The notes: a model not told the origin generated them from the letters alone. 64,000 nt of DNA from Nitrospirales bacterium (GCA_965223295.1 CBDCWC010000002.1:704001-768000); one strand, 5' to 3'. Positions 8,638-19,504 are shown, numbered from the stretch's first letter. Translations and numbers: made by a program.

Positions 8638-10188
8638 TTAAGGCCCATTCTGTTGAAGAAGAAAGCGGGTCTCACCTTTGTCAAGATGGAGAGAATATCC
8701 TCGCACCGCTTCTTCACTCGATGCTTGAAGGGCCCTAGAACCAATACCGACTGAGTAATTTCCCGGTTCGACCCACATTCGAGCCAATTGAATTTCTCCT
8801 GGCAGCGTCCGCCAAGAGCGGACATCCGCTTCTTCGGTGGCTAAAGCCACCACTCGTGCGAGTCCTCCAACGAGGGGTCCAATCCAATCCCGATTTTTTC
8901 TTCCTCCTGCTGCTCGTGCGCCAATACGAATGCCTTCGGCTGCAGCCATTTTCATCGCCGTTCGGGCAACGGCTCGTAATACCAAACCATCATAATCATC
9001 AGCTAAGGTTTTTTCAGCCACCGCATTAACGTCATACATGCGTTGGGATTGTACCATCATGGTCGTCTGCGGACTTGTTAACCGAATAGTGCTCTCAATC
9101 CACGGCTTTTTGTTCAGGGAGAAACGAGGCAACGCAATGCGGGCAATACGACCATGGATACCATAGAGAAGCGCCTCCCCTCCCCTTGTTCTTCTATTGC
9201 TGCCACGAAACCCGGGCTTCGCGAGCGCCACGAGTTGCAGCGCATCGAGACTCACCGGCACATCGATGAAAAGATCTTCTTTTTTGGGACCTTTGCCTTG
9301 ATAGGTCACGATAACTAATTGAGCGAGGTCTCGATGACCGGATGGCAAAGATGTTCTAGCGATATTGGGATATTTCTTCTGATAGCGTAAGACATCTTCA
9401 TGTAAGCCTAAACGATTGGCCGTATGAATGAGATCGCTCTTCAGCACATCCGGAAGGGCGACCCGCGTCCAGGCCTGCCCCTGTTCATAGACCTGTTCGG
9501 CTTTTCGATATCCCACATACGCATTGTTGAGATCACCTGTAATGTCATACAACAGCCCAACGATATACCGCGCAAAGGGATCTTCTTGGTACGAGTCTTT
9601 GTCTTCAACTTTATCGCTCAAGACATTTAAACGATGGTCGATTCTTCTTGCTTCAACGAGAGCCTCACTCCATTGCTGTTGCAATGCATAGTTCAAGGCT
9701 TTGATCACATTTACCATGACATGCTCATGCGGAGCCCCTTCATAGGGCTGACGGGCCTCATTCACTAACATCGCCGAAGCTTCATCCCGTATACGTTTGG
9801 TGTAGAGATCTTCGATCAGAAGATGGGCGTCTTCTAGTACTGCATTGCTTTCGCCATATTTTCCCGCTAGATGGAGCACCATTCCATAATCCATGAGATA
9901 CAGCAATTGGCTTTTCTTTCCGTATTTATTTTTTGCGGCTTGCATGACTTCAACCGCTTGCGCAGGCTGTCCAGCTAACAAGCTCTGTTCGATGTCAGCA
10001 TAGTGAGCCATTGGCCCACTACAACCCACAAACAGAATGGCACCGAGCACTAACGCAACTATTCGAAAGTGGCGAAAACTAGAGAGACACGGAAGGCTAA
10101 ATGGGCATGCCGTTGAATCAGAAAATCGGAGAAGCTCGGATTGTGAACAGCAGGAGTGAAAGACGTGAAGACTAGGAAAGAATGACAC
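8638..10188 (-). CDS. COG3014-family TPR lipoprotein (true start probably downstream of 10188)
   Basis: Lipobox FVGC; PYEGAPHE, EALVEARR, ADVRSWRTLP motifs. Confidence 0.8.
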   Translation of the reverse strand: MSFFPSLHVFHSCCSQSELLRFSDSTACPFSLPCLSSFRHFRIVALVLGAILFVGCSGPMAHYADIEQSLLAGQPAQAVEVMQAAKNKYGKKSQLLYLMDYGMVLHLAGKYGESNAVLEDAHLLIEDLYTKRIRDEASAMLVNEARQPYEGAPHEHVMVNVIKALNYALQQQWSEALVEARRIDHRLNVLSDKVEDKDSYQEDPFARYIVGLLYDITGDLNNAYVGYRKAEQVYEQGQAWTRVALPDVLKSDLIHTANRLGLHEDVLRYQKKYPNIARTSLPSGHRDLAQLVIVTYQGKGPKKEDLFIDVPVSLDALQLVALAKPGFRGSNRRTRGGEALLYGIHGRIARIALPRFSLNKKPWIESTIRLTSPQTTMMVQSQRMYDVNAVAEKTLADDYDGLVLRAVARTAMKMAAAEGIRIGARAAGGRKNRDWIGPLVGGLARVVALATEEADVRSWRTLPGEIQLARMWVEPGNYSVGIGSRALQASSEEAVRGYSLHLDKGETRFLLQQNGP

Positions 10189-10202
10189 GGTGACGCATAG
10201 GA

Positions 10203-10856
10203 TTAAAACAACGTGCGTTTTCGCTCAACAACTTTTTTAATTTTTTTCTGTCCGTACCAGGACTTAACATTACTTTCTAAGTCAATCAAATCTAAATCAA
10301 CTTGATAGTAAACAGCTTTGGTACCAGCCGATTCATCCAAGATTGTCGCAATAGTGCCTTTCAACATGTAATCGGCACCGAGCTCCTGTCCTGGACGTTT
10401 TTGTGTATCTTCGCGAGCAAAGACGCCTTGCTCCTTACGTTCTTGTCGCACTTCTTCCCGTTCACTTTGGCTCGCGACAAATAGGACTTTCTGGGAACTC
10501 GTCATTTCACGTTCCAAGTCGGTGATAAACGTACCCACATCAATGTGTTCATGACTTTTATTGAGAATAGTGCCCACAATGACGACTGGTTCCCGGCCTT
10601 GGGATTCAGTAAATTTTTGCAACCAGGGCTGCTTCACCATTTCTTCAATCATCGTTTCAGCCACAAGCTTAGAATCGGTATCATTCCAACGACCACTCAA
10701 ATCCGTCACCACACCAGGATCCACCCGTGTCACTCGCTTTTCTTTCCCACAACCAATTACCGTCAGCAGGCAGAGAGCGGCACTGCATAACACAAGGAAT
10801 CGAAAGGGCCAGGATATCACGTTCTTCATGAGATATTTACCAGCACCAACAATCAA
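10203..10856 (-). CDS. lpoB: LpoB-like penicillin-binding-protein activator lipoprotein
   Basis: Lipobox VIGC; DLSGRWNDTDS, NKSHEHID, GADYML, YYQVDLDL. Confidence 0.8.
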   Translation of the reverse strand: MIVGAGKYLMKNVISWPFRFLVLCSAALCLLTVIGCGKEKRVTRVDPGVVTDLSGRWNDTDSKLVAETMIEEMVKQPWLQKFTESQGREPVVIVGTILNKSHEHIDVGTFITDLEREMTSSQKVLFVASQSEREEVRQERKEQGVFAREDTQKRPGQELGADYMLKGTIATILDESAGTKAVYYQVDLDLIDLESNVKSWYGQKKIKKVVERKRTLF

Positions 10857-10859
10857 GCC

Positions 10860-11408
10860 TCAAAGCCCTCCTGGACGTTTGGCTTCTTCCTGCTCGAGTT
10901 TATTAAACACACGTTCTGCGTTTTTTCGAACATACTCACGTACTTCCGCATCCAGTTCCTGCGCTTGTTGAAGCACTTCTTTCATTTCTTCAAAGGAGAG
11001 TTTCGTGAGCACATAATAGGTGGTATTGTCCTCATCCTTATAGCGGTCCACCGGCCGTACCCCATTGAGGGTAATCGCTGTGAAGGTTTTCACGGCACGC
11101 TCAACATTTTGTTCTTCGGTTGATTTCGTAAAATCTCCTGCGGTTGTCGAAGCCGCATAATCTTCCATCAAATACGCGGTATAGGCGCGAAATGTCTTGG
11201 CCAGTTCTGCTCTCGCTCGATTTTCGGCGGCTTCCCATGCCAGCGGTTCATTTTTGACACCCACAATCGAGCCTACACCATAAATCGACTTTTCTTCATC
11301 TTGATTAAGAGCACCAGAGCCTTCTTCCACCCAATCAGGAGGTCCTCCACAGGCCACGAGGCCTAAGCTGAATAGTGCACAGATGACGAATCGCAAAGGA
11401 TGTTTCAT
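10860..11408 (-). CDS. LPP20-family lipoprotein
   Basis: Lipobox LVAC; PPDWV...YGVGS...AENRARAELAK. Confidence 0.75.
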   Translation of the reverse strand: MKHPLRFVICALFSLGLVACGGPPDWVEEGSGALNQDEEKSIYGVGSIVGVKNEPLAWEAAENRARAELAKTFRAYTAYLMEDYAASTTAGDFTKSTEEQNVERAVKTFTAITLNGVRPVDRYKDEDNTTYYVLTKLSFEEMKEVLQQAQELDAEVREYVRKNAERVFNKLEQEEAKRPGGL

Positions 11409-11504
11409 ATTGAAATTGTTCAATCTTAAAGTATAGCTATTTGCTGTAAATGCGGGAAAATCTTGAACTTTCGGTAGAATTCTTGTATCCGAGGGGCTAA
11501 GAAA

Positions 11505-11533
11505 ATGCTAGCATTGCCCCTAGAACCTGTCAA
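11505..11533 (-). promoter_or_regulatory. sigma70-type promoter of the lipoprotein operon
   Basis: TTGACA-17 bp-TAGCAT on the minus strand. Confidence 0.6.
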
Positions 11534-11620
11534 GAAAATTAAAACGTCGACTCATTCTCTATGTACGGCTATGATCTTATGTCTCTCGGATAAGGGTTGA
11601 CTTCAACAAAGGGGGATTCA

Positions 11621-11791
11621 GTGGCTGATGTGAAAGTCGAAGATGGCATTATTCGAATTAAGGAATTAGATATTCAGGATCTCAAATCTGCCAAGGTGTT
11701 AGCTGAATACCCTGAATCCCGTTGGCCGGAAATTACCCGACGAGCCTTGAAAATTGGACTGGGATATTTGCAGGGAGGAGCTCAGGACTGA
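11621..11791 (+). CDS. small hypothetical protein (56 aa)
   Basis: GGGGGA RBS before GTG; MADVKVEDGIIRIKELDIQD...ALKIGLGYLQG. Confidence 0.65.
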   Translation: MADVKVEDGIIRIKELDIQDLKSAKVLAEYPESRWPEITRRALKIGLGYLQGGAQD

Positions 11792-11821
11792 GACGGAAAT
11801 TCGAACAATACAGCAGACTGT

Positions 11822-11858
11822 TGCACCACTCAAAAGAAAAAACCTTTTGAGCGGCGCA
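11822..11858. terminator. hairpin between convergent genes
   Basis: CCACTCAAAAG / CTTTTGAGCGG inverted repeat; no strong U-tract. Confidence 0.35.
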
Positions 11859-11902
11859 AGCAAAAGGACTGCTTGTTCAAACTATTTAAAGCGAAGTCCT
11901 GC

Positions 11903-12310
11903 TTATGATAGTGGCGAAGAAGGGGATTTTGTAGCCAACGCCACTTGATTTATGAACGTCGCCAAATGAACACCGCCTTGCTTCACATTAATGCTCGATA
12001 GATCGGGGAAATTCTGCTGCAACCGCGCAGCAAAGGTCTGTTGTTCTGACGAAGGGACATTGAGTACCTGACCGAAAGCCTGGAGATATTCACCTTCTCC
12101 TTTGGCAATATCTTGAAGCAGGTTTTCATGGTTTAATGCGACAAATAATTCTGCATGTTGTCCCTGCTTCACCAGACCGTCACTTGTCCACCATGTCTCT
12201 CCTGTACTGGAAGAAGTCATATCGGTAAGACCCTCGACGGTTGCCGTCGTACTACATCCACTGAAGAGTAATGCCACCATGGCAAAAGCTAGTAACATTC
12301 GAAATGTCAT
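11903..12310 (-). CDS. DUF3015-like lipoprotein
   Basis: Lipobox FSGC; NHENLLQDIAKGEGEYL motif; AAGGAG RBS. Confidence 0.75.
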   Translation of the reverse strand: MTFRMLLAFAMVALLFSGCSTTATVEGLTDMTSSSTGETWWTSDGLVKQGQHAELFVALNHENLLQDIAKGEGEYLQAFGQVLNVPSSEQQTFAARLQQNFPDLSSINVKQGGVHLATFINQVALATKSPSSPLS

Positions 12311-12651
12311 GATTCTCGCTCCTTACTGGTATCATACCGATTGACAAAAAAAAGCTCTTGCCCAACTTCTAAATGAAATGGGGCTCAGCTAAAAATTTAA
12401 AGAAAAACTTTAGATCAATTGCGTAATTATATTTAAACTGATACGAATTCGCTATACAATCGTGTACTTAAGTAGTTATCTGCCAAAACTAGCTCTTGGT
12501 TCGTCTCTGACGGTCGGCAGAAATAATTTCAAAGAGATGGAAGACATCCCTGATCAATGAAAACCCTACGGCAAAGACAACACGAGAATCATATGCTTAT
12601 AAAAAGATATCAGATTCTCTTCTTCTTCAGTTCATAACCGAAAATAATCAT

Positions 12652-14199
12652 ATGCTTAATCTTAGCCAACACGATCACCAGACTCTTCAGAAACATGGCT
12701 TATCAATCGAACAGATTGACACCCAGTATCAGTTGCTTCAGCAGGGAGTTCTCCCACTTCATCTCATACGCCCTTGTCATGTTGGCGATGGAATCAGGCA
12801 ATTTTCTTCTCAAGAATTGTCTAACTATCAGAAACCATTTCACAGAGCGCATGCCGCAGGAAGAATCAGTAAATTTATTCCAGCATCGGGGGCCGCTACC
12901 CGTATGTTTAAAGATTTGCTTCAATTTGTGGAAAAGGCAGACACTCTCAACCCTAGCGAGCAAGAGGATCTACAATCTCCTGAAGTCGTTACTGAAGCCT
13001 GGGAACACTTGCATCAATTTCCGTTTTTTGAAGATCTTAAACGGCATATTGAAAAAGCAGGAATGGACTTCAACAATCTTTACGACTCAAAACACATGGC
13101 GCAAGTTTTTCACATGCTTTTACAGAAGCCAGGGTTAAACTATGCCAATCTTCCTAAAGCCTTACTTCCCTTCCACCACTATTCAGATGGGACACGGACC
13201 TCACTCGAAGAGCATGTGCACGAAGCCATAATGTTTGCAGAGACCAGTGGTGAGAACATTCAGATCCACCTGACGGTATCAGCACAATTTGAGGACCAAG
13301 TAAAAGCTCATTTAGAAATAATTCGCAAGAAGGTCGTTGCAACTGGAATAAATTTTAACTCGACGGTATCTATTCAAAAACCCTCAACGGACACAGTTGC
13401 CCTTGATTCCAACGATCAACTCTTTCGGAATACCCAAGGCGATATCATTTTTCGACCCGGTGGGCACGGAGCACTATTGGAAAATTTACATGATTATCAA
13501 GGCGATATTGTGTGTATTTCCAATATCGATAATGTCGTACCGGACCATCTCAAAAAACCAATTGTGGAATGGAGAAAGGCCTTAGGCGGGTATTTGATCA
13601 CGATTCAAGATCGCATTTTCGATCATCTTCAACAACTTAGCTCCCCGCAATCTGAGACAATTGAGAATGTCAAAACCTTTGTACAAGACGAAATCCAACT
13701 CATACTTTCTGAATCATTTACCCACTTAGATATTCAGGAGCAAGCGAATCAGCTCAAACAATTGTTGCATCGGCCCATCCGCGTCTGTGGTGTTGTGCCA
13801 AATACCGGTGATGCAGGTGGCGGACCGTTTTGGGTACAACATGTCGATGGGTCCCAGTCACGACAAATTGTTGAGCAATCGCAAGCTGACCCGACATCTG
13901 AGTTGCAGCAGCAGTTATTTGCCACTGCTAGCCATTTCAACCCAGTCGACTTAGTCTGCGGGGTCCGTGATTATCAGGGCTCACCCTTTAACCTGCTAGA
14001 ATTTAGGGATCCCACTACGAGTTTTATTTCGCATAAATCGTATCAAGGACGTCCGCTTAAAGCGTTAGAATGGCCAGGGCTGTGGAATGGCGGCATGGCA
14101 AACTGGAATACTCTCTTTGTCGAGATCCCCCGCTCCACCTTCAACCCCGTCAAAACCTTCATGGATTGGCTCCACCCTCACCATCAGCCTCCGAACTAA
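12652..14199 (+). CDS. DUF4301 family protein
   Basis: KFIPASGAATRMFK, LPKALLPFH, FRPGGHGALLENL, GGGPFW, HFNPVDLVC, PGLWNG, FNPVKT. Confidence 0.9.
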   Translation: MLNLSQHDHQTLQKHGLSIEQIDTQYQLLQQGVLPLHLIRPCHVGDGIRQFSSQELSNYQKPFHRAHAAGRISKFIPASGAATRMFKDLLQFVEKADTLNPSEQEDLQSPEVVTEAWEHLHQFPFFEDLKRHIEKAGMDFNNLYDSKHMAQVFHMLLQKPGLNYANLPKALLPFHHYSDGTRTSLEEHVHEAIMFAETSGENIQIHLTVSAQFEDQVKAHLEIIRKKVVATGINFNSTVSIQKPSTDTVALDSNDQLFRNTQGDIIFRPGGHGALLENLHDYQGDIVCISNIDNVVPDHLKKPIVEWRKALGGYLITIQDRIFDHLQQLSSPQSETIENVKTFVQDEIQLILSESFTHLDIQEQANQLKQLLHRPIRVCGVVPNTGDAGGGPFWVQHVDGSQSRQIVEQSQADPTSELQQQLFATASHFNPVDLVCGVRDYQGSPFNLLEFRDPTTSFISHKSYQGRPLKALEWPGLWNGGMANWNTLFVEIPRSTFNPVKTFMDWLHPHHQPPN

Positions 14200-14415
14200 G
14201 CAATTCACTCCTTGGCACAAAAATTCAATTGCCTATACAATTCTTGAAGAAATTTTTCCGTTAGTGTTAGTTATTGCATAGGAAAATAGTTTTCTTAAAA
14301 AATCTCCCCTCAATCGATTTTTCTCACTCAGATCTTTCCTGATCTTAGCCGACAAACAAAGAATTGCCTTTCCACATAAATTTTTCACCAATTTGGATCA
14401 GTTGGATCACACACT

Positions 14416-15105
14416 ATGACCGATCAAGAATTTTTCGCCTTATGGCAAACACTTGGTTTTCCATGTAAATCTCATCCTTGGCATGGCGTTGAGATTGGAG
14501 CGGACGCTCCAGAATGCCTAACCGTCTATATTGAAATCGTCCCAACTGACAATGTGAAATATGAACTGGATAAAAAATCTGGACATTTACGTGTGGATCG
14601 CCCCCAACGCTATTCCAATGTCTGTCCAACCCTCTACGGCCTGATCCCTCAGACCTATTGCGGCCAATCCGTGGCAGAGTTCAGTGCCGAGAAAACCGGA
14701 CGGCCTGGGCTCATCGGCGATCATGATCCACTTGATATCTGCGTACTCACAGAAAAAAGTATTACCCACGGAGATCTCTTGCTTGATGCGATTCCGATCG
14801 GCGGATTGCGTATGCTTGATGGAGAGGAAGCCGACGATAAGATCGTGGCAATTCTGAAAGGTGATGCCATGCATGAGCAATGGCAAGATATTAAAGATTG
14901 TCCCATCTCCTTCGTAGAACGCCTCATGCATTATTTTCTCACCTATAAAGATGCGCCAGGCTCAGAGAAAAAGAACTGTGGGATTACCCATGTCTATGGA
15001 CGTGAAGAAGCTCACGAGGTGATTCGCCGCAGCCAAGCCGACTATGTTGCGAAGTTTGGACAATTGCAAAATCAACTAGCGTCTCTCGGATCAACTTTAA
15101 ACTAG
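14416..15105 (+). CDS. ppa: inorganic pyrophosphatase
   Basis: HPWHG, KYELDK, GDHDPLDICV, DGEEADDKI. Confidence 0.92.
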   Translation: MTDQEFFALWQTLGFPCKSHPWHGVEIGADAPECLTVYIEIVPTDNVKYELDKKSGHLRVDRPQRYSNVCPTLYGLIPQTYCGQSVAEFSAEKTGRPGLIGDHDPLDICVLTEKSITHGDLLLDAIPIGGLRMLDGEEADDKIVAILKGDAMHEQWQDIKDCPISFVERLMHYFLTYKDAPGSEKKNCGITHVYGREEAHEVIRRSQADYVAKFGQLQNQLASLGSTLN

Positions 15106-15310
15106 CACGTAGACAATTGGGATCCTACTATTTTTGTTTTGAACAAAATATCGCTAAGAACCCCTGTTTATTCCTTTCACAAACACCCTCAATTTTTCAT
15201 CCAACTTTTTTACTCTACTTGAAGGAAAGAACAGGGGCTTGCATAATGGGCTAAGATTCAGTACTTAGTTATAATCTTTTGCGCCAAATAGACAAGAAGG
15301 AGTTTTCTCT

Positions 15311-17197
15311 ATGAGTGAAAACATTGAAACCCTGCAACGCTCAACCCGTGTGATCCCAGCTCCTCCCGAGGTAAAAGCACAGGCCCATATTCAGGATTAT
15401 GACGCAGCGTACAAAGCCTCTATCGCTGACCCCGAAAAGTTTTGGGAAGGCATTGCTAAAGAACTGCATTGGTTCTCTCCCTGGAATAAGGTTTTAGAGT
15501 GGAATTACCCCTGGGCTAAATGGTTTCTCGACGGGACGTGCAACATTGCCTACAACTGTTTAGACCGCCATGTGCAAACATGGAGAAGAAACAAAGTTGC
15601 AGTAATTTGGGTCGCCGAAAACGGCGAAGAACGAATATTTACCTATGCCGAGCTCTATCGACAGGTAAATAAATGTGCCAATGCCCTCAAAGGCCTTGGA
15701 CTCAGGAAAGGCGATCGTGTCACGATTTATCTCCCTAAAATCCCGGAACAAATTGTGGCCATGTTGGCCTGTGCCCGAATCGGCTTGATTCACTCTGTTG
15801 TCTATTCTGGCTTCAGTGCGCCAGCTCTTCAAACACGTATTCATGATTGTGAAGCCAAGGTCGTCATTACCGCTGATGTAAGCTATGACCGGAGCAGGAC
15901 CATTGCATTAAAGCCCGTTGTTGATGAAGCCGTAGCCAGTTGCCCGACCGTCGAAAAGGTGATTGTTGTTCAACGAGAATCACCCCCAACTCCGCTCCAA
16001 GACTCAAAAGAAATCAATTGGGATGATTTCATGAAAGATCAATCACCCAAATGTGACGCGGAACAGCTTGATTCAGAAGATCCTCTGTATATCCTCTATA
16101 CCTCGGGAACAACCGGCAAACCCAAAGGTGTCTTGCATGTGCACGGCGGCTATATGGTCGGGACCTATCTCACAACCAAATACGTCTTTGATCTCAAGGA
16201 AGAAGATCTGTTCTTTTGTGTAGCGGACCCAGGCTGGGTTACGGGACATAGTTATATTGTGTATGGCCCGCTCCTGAATGGCGCCACTATCCTTACAGCC
16301 GAAGGCAAACCCGATTATCCCAATCCCGGGCGCTGGTGGGATCTCATCGAACATTATGGTGTCTCTATTTTCTACACCACACCTACGGCCATTCGGCTAC
16401 TCATGAAATATGGAGAAGATTGGCCTGCAAAATATGATCTCTCATCGCTGAAAGTTCTGGGGTCTGTTGGCGAACCTATTAATCCAGAAGCCTGGGAATG
16501 GTTTCATCGCGTCACCGGCGGCACGAAGCCCATTATGGATACTTGGTGGCAAACAGAAACCGGCGCCATCATGGTTACGCCTCTCCCATGTGTCGATCTC
16601 AAACCCGGTTCGGCGACACGACCGTTTCTGGGCATTGAAGCCGACGTCACCGATCGAGAAGGTAAGAGCATCCCTTCTGGAGGTGGCTTTGCCGTCATCA
16701 AAAAACCGTGGCCATCAATGATGCGTACGATTTACAAAGAACCCGAACGCTACGAGCTCTATTGGAATACTATCCCTGGGGTCTATACCGCCGGAGATGT
16801 CTGTCACAAAGACGAAGATGGTTACATGTGGTTCATGGGTCGTGCAGACGATGTCGTGAAAGTCGCGGGCAACCGAATTGGAACAGCTGAAGTGGAAAGT
16901 GCGTTAGTCAGTCATGAAGCCGTCGTGGAGGCAGCAGTCATTGGTAAACCCCATAAAACAGCTGGAGAAATGATCAAAGCCTTTGTCATCCTAAAACAGG
17001 GACAAACGGAATCGTCTGAACTGATCAAAAGCTTAAAAAACCATGTTCAACAAGAATTAGGAAAGATCGCCACGCCACGGGAAATTGACATCGTACCTTC
17101 ACTTCCCAAAACGCGCTCAGGAAAAATCATGCGCCGCGTGCTAAAAGCTCAAGAACTCGGCCAAGACCCCGGCGACATTTCCACATTGGAAGAATAA
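15311..17197 (+). CDS. acs: acetate--CoA ligase (acetyl-CoA synthetase)
   Basis: YTSGTTGKPKG, SVGEPINPEAW, DTWWQTETG, LPKTRSGKIMRR. Confidence 0.95.
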   Translation: MSENIETLQRSTRVIPAPPEVKAQAHIQDYDAAYKASIADPEKFWEGIAKELHWFSPWNKVLEWNYPWAKWFLDGTCNIAYNCLDRHVQTWRRNKVAVIWVAENGEERIFTYAELYRQVNKCANALKGLGLRKGDRVTIYLPKIPEQIVAMLACARIGLIHSVVYSGFSAPALQTRIHDCEAKVVITADVSYDRSRTIALKPVVDEAVASCPTVEKVIVVQRESPPTPLQDSKEINWDDFMKDQSPKCDAEQLDSEDPLYILYTSGTTGKPKGVLHVHGGYMVGTYLTTKYVFDLKEEDLFFCVADPGWVTGHSYIVYGPLLNGATILTAEGKPDYPNPGRWWDLIEHYGVSIFYTTPTAIRLLMKYGEDWPAKYDLSSLKVLGSVGEPINPEAWEWFHRVTGGTKPIMDTWWQTETGAIMVTPLPCVDLKPGSATRPFLGIEADVTDREGKSIPSGGGFAVIKKPWPSMMRTIYKEPERYELYWNTIPGVYTAGDVCHKDEDGYMWFMGRADDVVKVAGNRIGTAEVESALVSHEAVVEAAVIGKPHKTAGEMIKAFVILKQGQTESSELIKSLKNHVQQELGKIATPREIDIVPSLPKTRSGKIMRRVLKAQELGQDPGDISTLEE

Positions 17198-17356
17198 AAA
17201 CCAACAAACAAGAACGCATACCAGAGGAAGAAAGTCATTAACATATGCCTTGAGAGAACCGATATCAACATCATGACCGCCTATAAAAAATATTGCGACA
17301 GGCGAGCCAGACGAAAAGGACCAGAACCAGCTGACATTCCCTGTTGTCCATCTAGG

Positions 17357-17548
17357 ATGCCAATCATCGGCCCTATCCTCTTTAGTCTGTTAATCTTCAG
17401 TCCCTTCATTTTTCCATCGAGTGAAACAGAACAAGATTCAGAGTTAGATCTTGCACGTATTACTGAAGAACCATTCCTCTCTGATCAACAATCTTCAACG
17501 ATCATACAAGTTCCTGAACATAGGCAGGATGCTTCTTTCCGCGAATAA
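17357..17548 (+). CDS. possible small secreted protein
   Basis: MPIIGPILFSLLIFSPFIF hydrophobic start followed by an acidic tail; weak support. Confidence 0.3.
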   Translation: MPIIGPILFSLLIFSPFIFPSSETEQDSELDLARITEEPFLSDQQSSTIIQVPEHRQDASFRE

Positions 17549-17594
17549 AAATCGCTTCTGCAACTTTGCTCTCATTATTGTAAGCTGCACATTC

Positions 17595-17637
17595 GTCTCC
17601 ACCCTCACCTCTGTCCCTCCCTGCAGAGGGAGAGGAG
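17595..17637 (+). repeat. REP-like palindromic element, copy 1
   Basis: GTCTCCACCCTCACCTCTGTCCCTCCCTGCAGAGGGAGAGGA; similar in inverted orientation to 29136-29170. Confidence 0.45.
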
Positions 17638-17793
17638 GCATGAATTGGTTCATAGAACTCTCCCGAGTCAATGACCCAACACCAGTTGTCCAACCCACTG
17701 GGCGACTGCTTAGATATATTGGTTAACCTTGTTTAGGTCTTTCGAGAAGGCTCAAGACAGGCTCTGCGAATTAGACCCCTTACCTTGTTGTTT

Positions 17794-18639
17794 TTAGAGG
17801 GCGATGGATTCGATGGTTTGGAGATCGTCTGAGGAGAGTTTGAAGTGAGTGAGGACGGCAAGGTCGTCTTTCATGTGCTGTTCGTCTGTCGTACCTGTGA
17901 GTGGGAGCATGCCGATTTGTAACGCAAAACGGAAAATGACCTGAAGAGGATTGGCCCCTATCCGCTTGGCAATATCCCAAACCTGTGGTTCGCGTAAGAC
18001 CTCTTGATTGGCAGTCAGGAGCGAAAAACCTTGGTAGACAATACCCTGTGCTTGGCAAATGTTTCGCACTTCTTTATCCCAGCCCATTGACGCATAGCAG
18101 CGATTTTGTACAACCATCGGTTCCACGGTAGCCTTTTCGCAGAATTCTTGAAGTTGATCAGCATGGACATTGCTCACACCAATGATCTTGGTCTTTCCTG
18201 CTTCATACAAGGCTTCCATGGCATGCCACACCTCCCAATCCCCTTGGCTTAAACCCCAACGAGAAGACGGGCCATGCAAGACATACGAATCAACATAATC
18301 TGTGTGGAGATGTTGTAGAGAACTCTCAAAGGATTGCTGTACTTGAGTCGCAAGGTCTGCAGAGGGGTCATAGGGTGTACGGTGATCTTGGCCTGAGACA
18401 GACGTAAATTTCGTTTGGAGAAAAAGAGATTCTCGCTTCATGCCTTTTTTGGCTAATGCCAACAGTGCCTCTCCTACCATGGCTTCTTGGTAATGAATGA
18501 GCTGGTTGGCCGTGTCGATGGCAGTAAACCCAGTATCGACAGCTAGTTCAACTAGTCTGGCGGTCTCCTCTTTTTTCCAGGCGGTACCATACATGAAAGC
18601 TGGAATCTTGACGTGATTATAGGTGCTGACTGTTTCCAT
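17794..18639 (-). CDS. aldo/keto reductase
   Basis: YGTAWK, GFTAIDTA, LFLQTKF, YVDSYVLHGP, IGVSN. Confidence 0.9.
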   Translation of the reverse strand: METVSTYNHVKIPAFMYGTAWKKEETARLVELAVDTGFTAIDTANQLIHYQEAMVGEALLALAKKGMKRESLFLQTKFTSVSGQDHRTPYDPSADLATQVQQSFESSLQHLHTDYVDSYVLHGPSSRWGLSQGDWEVWHAMEALYEAGKTKIIGVSNVHADQLQEFCEKATVEPMVVQNRCYASMGWDKEVRNICQAQGIVYQGFSLLTANQEVLREPQVWDIAKRIGANPLQVIFRFALQIGMLPLTGTTDEQHMKDDLAVLTHFKLSSDDLQTIESIAL

Positions 18640-18847
18640 AGCGTTTTAATCCTCGAGGCTTACGGTGTCCTACGCGGACGAGCCATGCCTTCACATCCCC
18701 CCAACCAGGCACACAGAACTTCATAGAGTTGCACAATCCCCCATAATGTCGCGGGCACAACGATGACAAAAATTGTCACAATCCCAAAAAGACGCCACAG
18801 TGGATGCCTGGCTGCAAATGAAGAATCACTCGGCATAGATCAATGAA

Positions 18848-19504
18848 TTACATCAAGCCCCGTTTTTGAAGATAGTCTTTATCAATGATGGGGGCGGAAG
18901 GTGGAGACAAGGTGCCATTGGCTTGCAGCAGACGTTCAACATATTTGCCAATCAGGTCAGATTCAAGGTTCACAGAATCTCCAATTTGCTTAAGACCTAT
19001 CGTGGTCACTTGTGCGGTATGAGGGATAATCGCCACCGCAAAAGAACGGTCTCTCACGCCATTGATCGTTAAACTAATGCCGTCCATTGTAATTGATCCT
19101 TTGACCACGCAATAGCGCATAATTTCTTCTGGCGCTTCGATGGTAAGCTGGATCGCATTCCCATCCTGTTCACGTGTACGCAATACGCCTAGGCCATCGA
19201 CATGGCCTGTGACAAGATGGCCTCCCATTCTCGCATTTAACTTCATGGCCCGTTCGAGATTGACGGGCGTTCCAACAGCAATATTTCCTAAAACCGTACG
19301 ATTCAAAGTCTCGGTCGAGACATCGACAGAAAAACCCTGCTCTTCAATGTTCGTCACCGTCAAACAAGTACCGGAAACGCTGACGCTATCCCCCACATGC
19401 AGATCATCTAAAATCACGGAGGCCAAAATAGAAAACTTAGCACCAGCGAGACCTTTATCCATAGACTGGATTGCGCCCATTTCTTCAACAATCCCACTAA
19501 ACAT
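18848..19504 (-). CDS. ribE: riboflavin synthase (alpha chain)
   Basis: MFSGIVEE start, GDSVSVSGTCLTV, VNLERA, GGHLVTGHVDG. Confidence 0.95.
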   Translation of the reverse strand: MFSGIVEEMGAIQSMDKGLAGAKFSILASVILDDLHVGDSVSVSGTCLTVTNIEEQGFSVDVSTETLNRTVLGNIAVGTPVNLERAMKLNARMGGHLVTGHVDGLGVLRTREQDGNAIQLTIEAPEEIMRYCVVKGSITMDGISLTINGVRDRSFAVAIIPHTAQVTTIGLKQIGDSVNLESDLIGKYVERLLQANGTLSPPSAPIIDKDYLQKRGLM

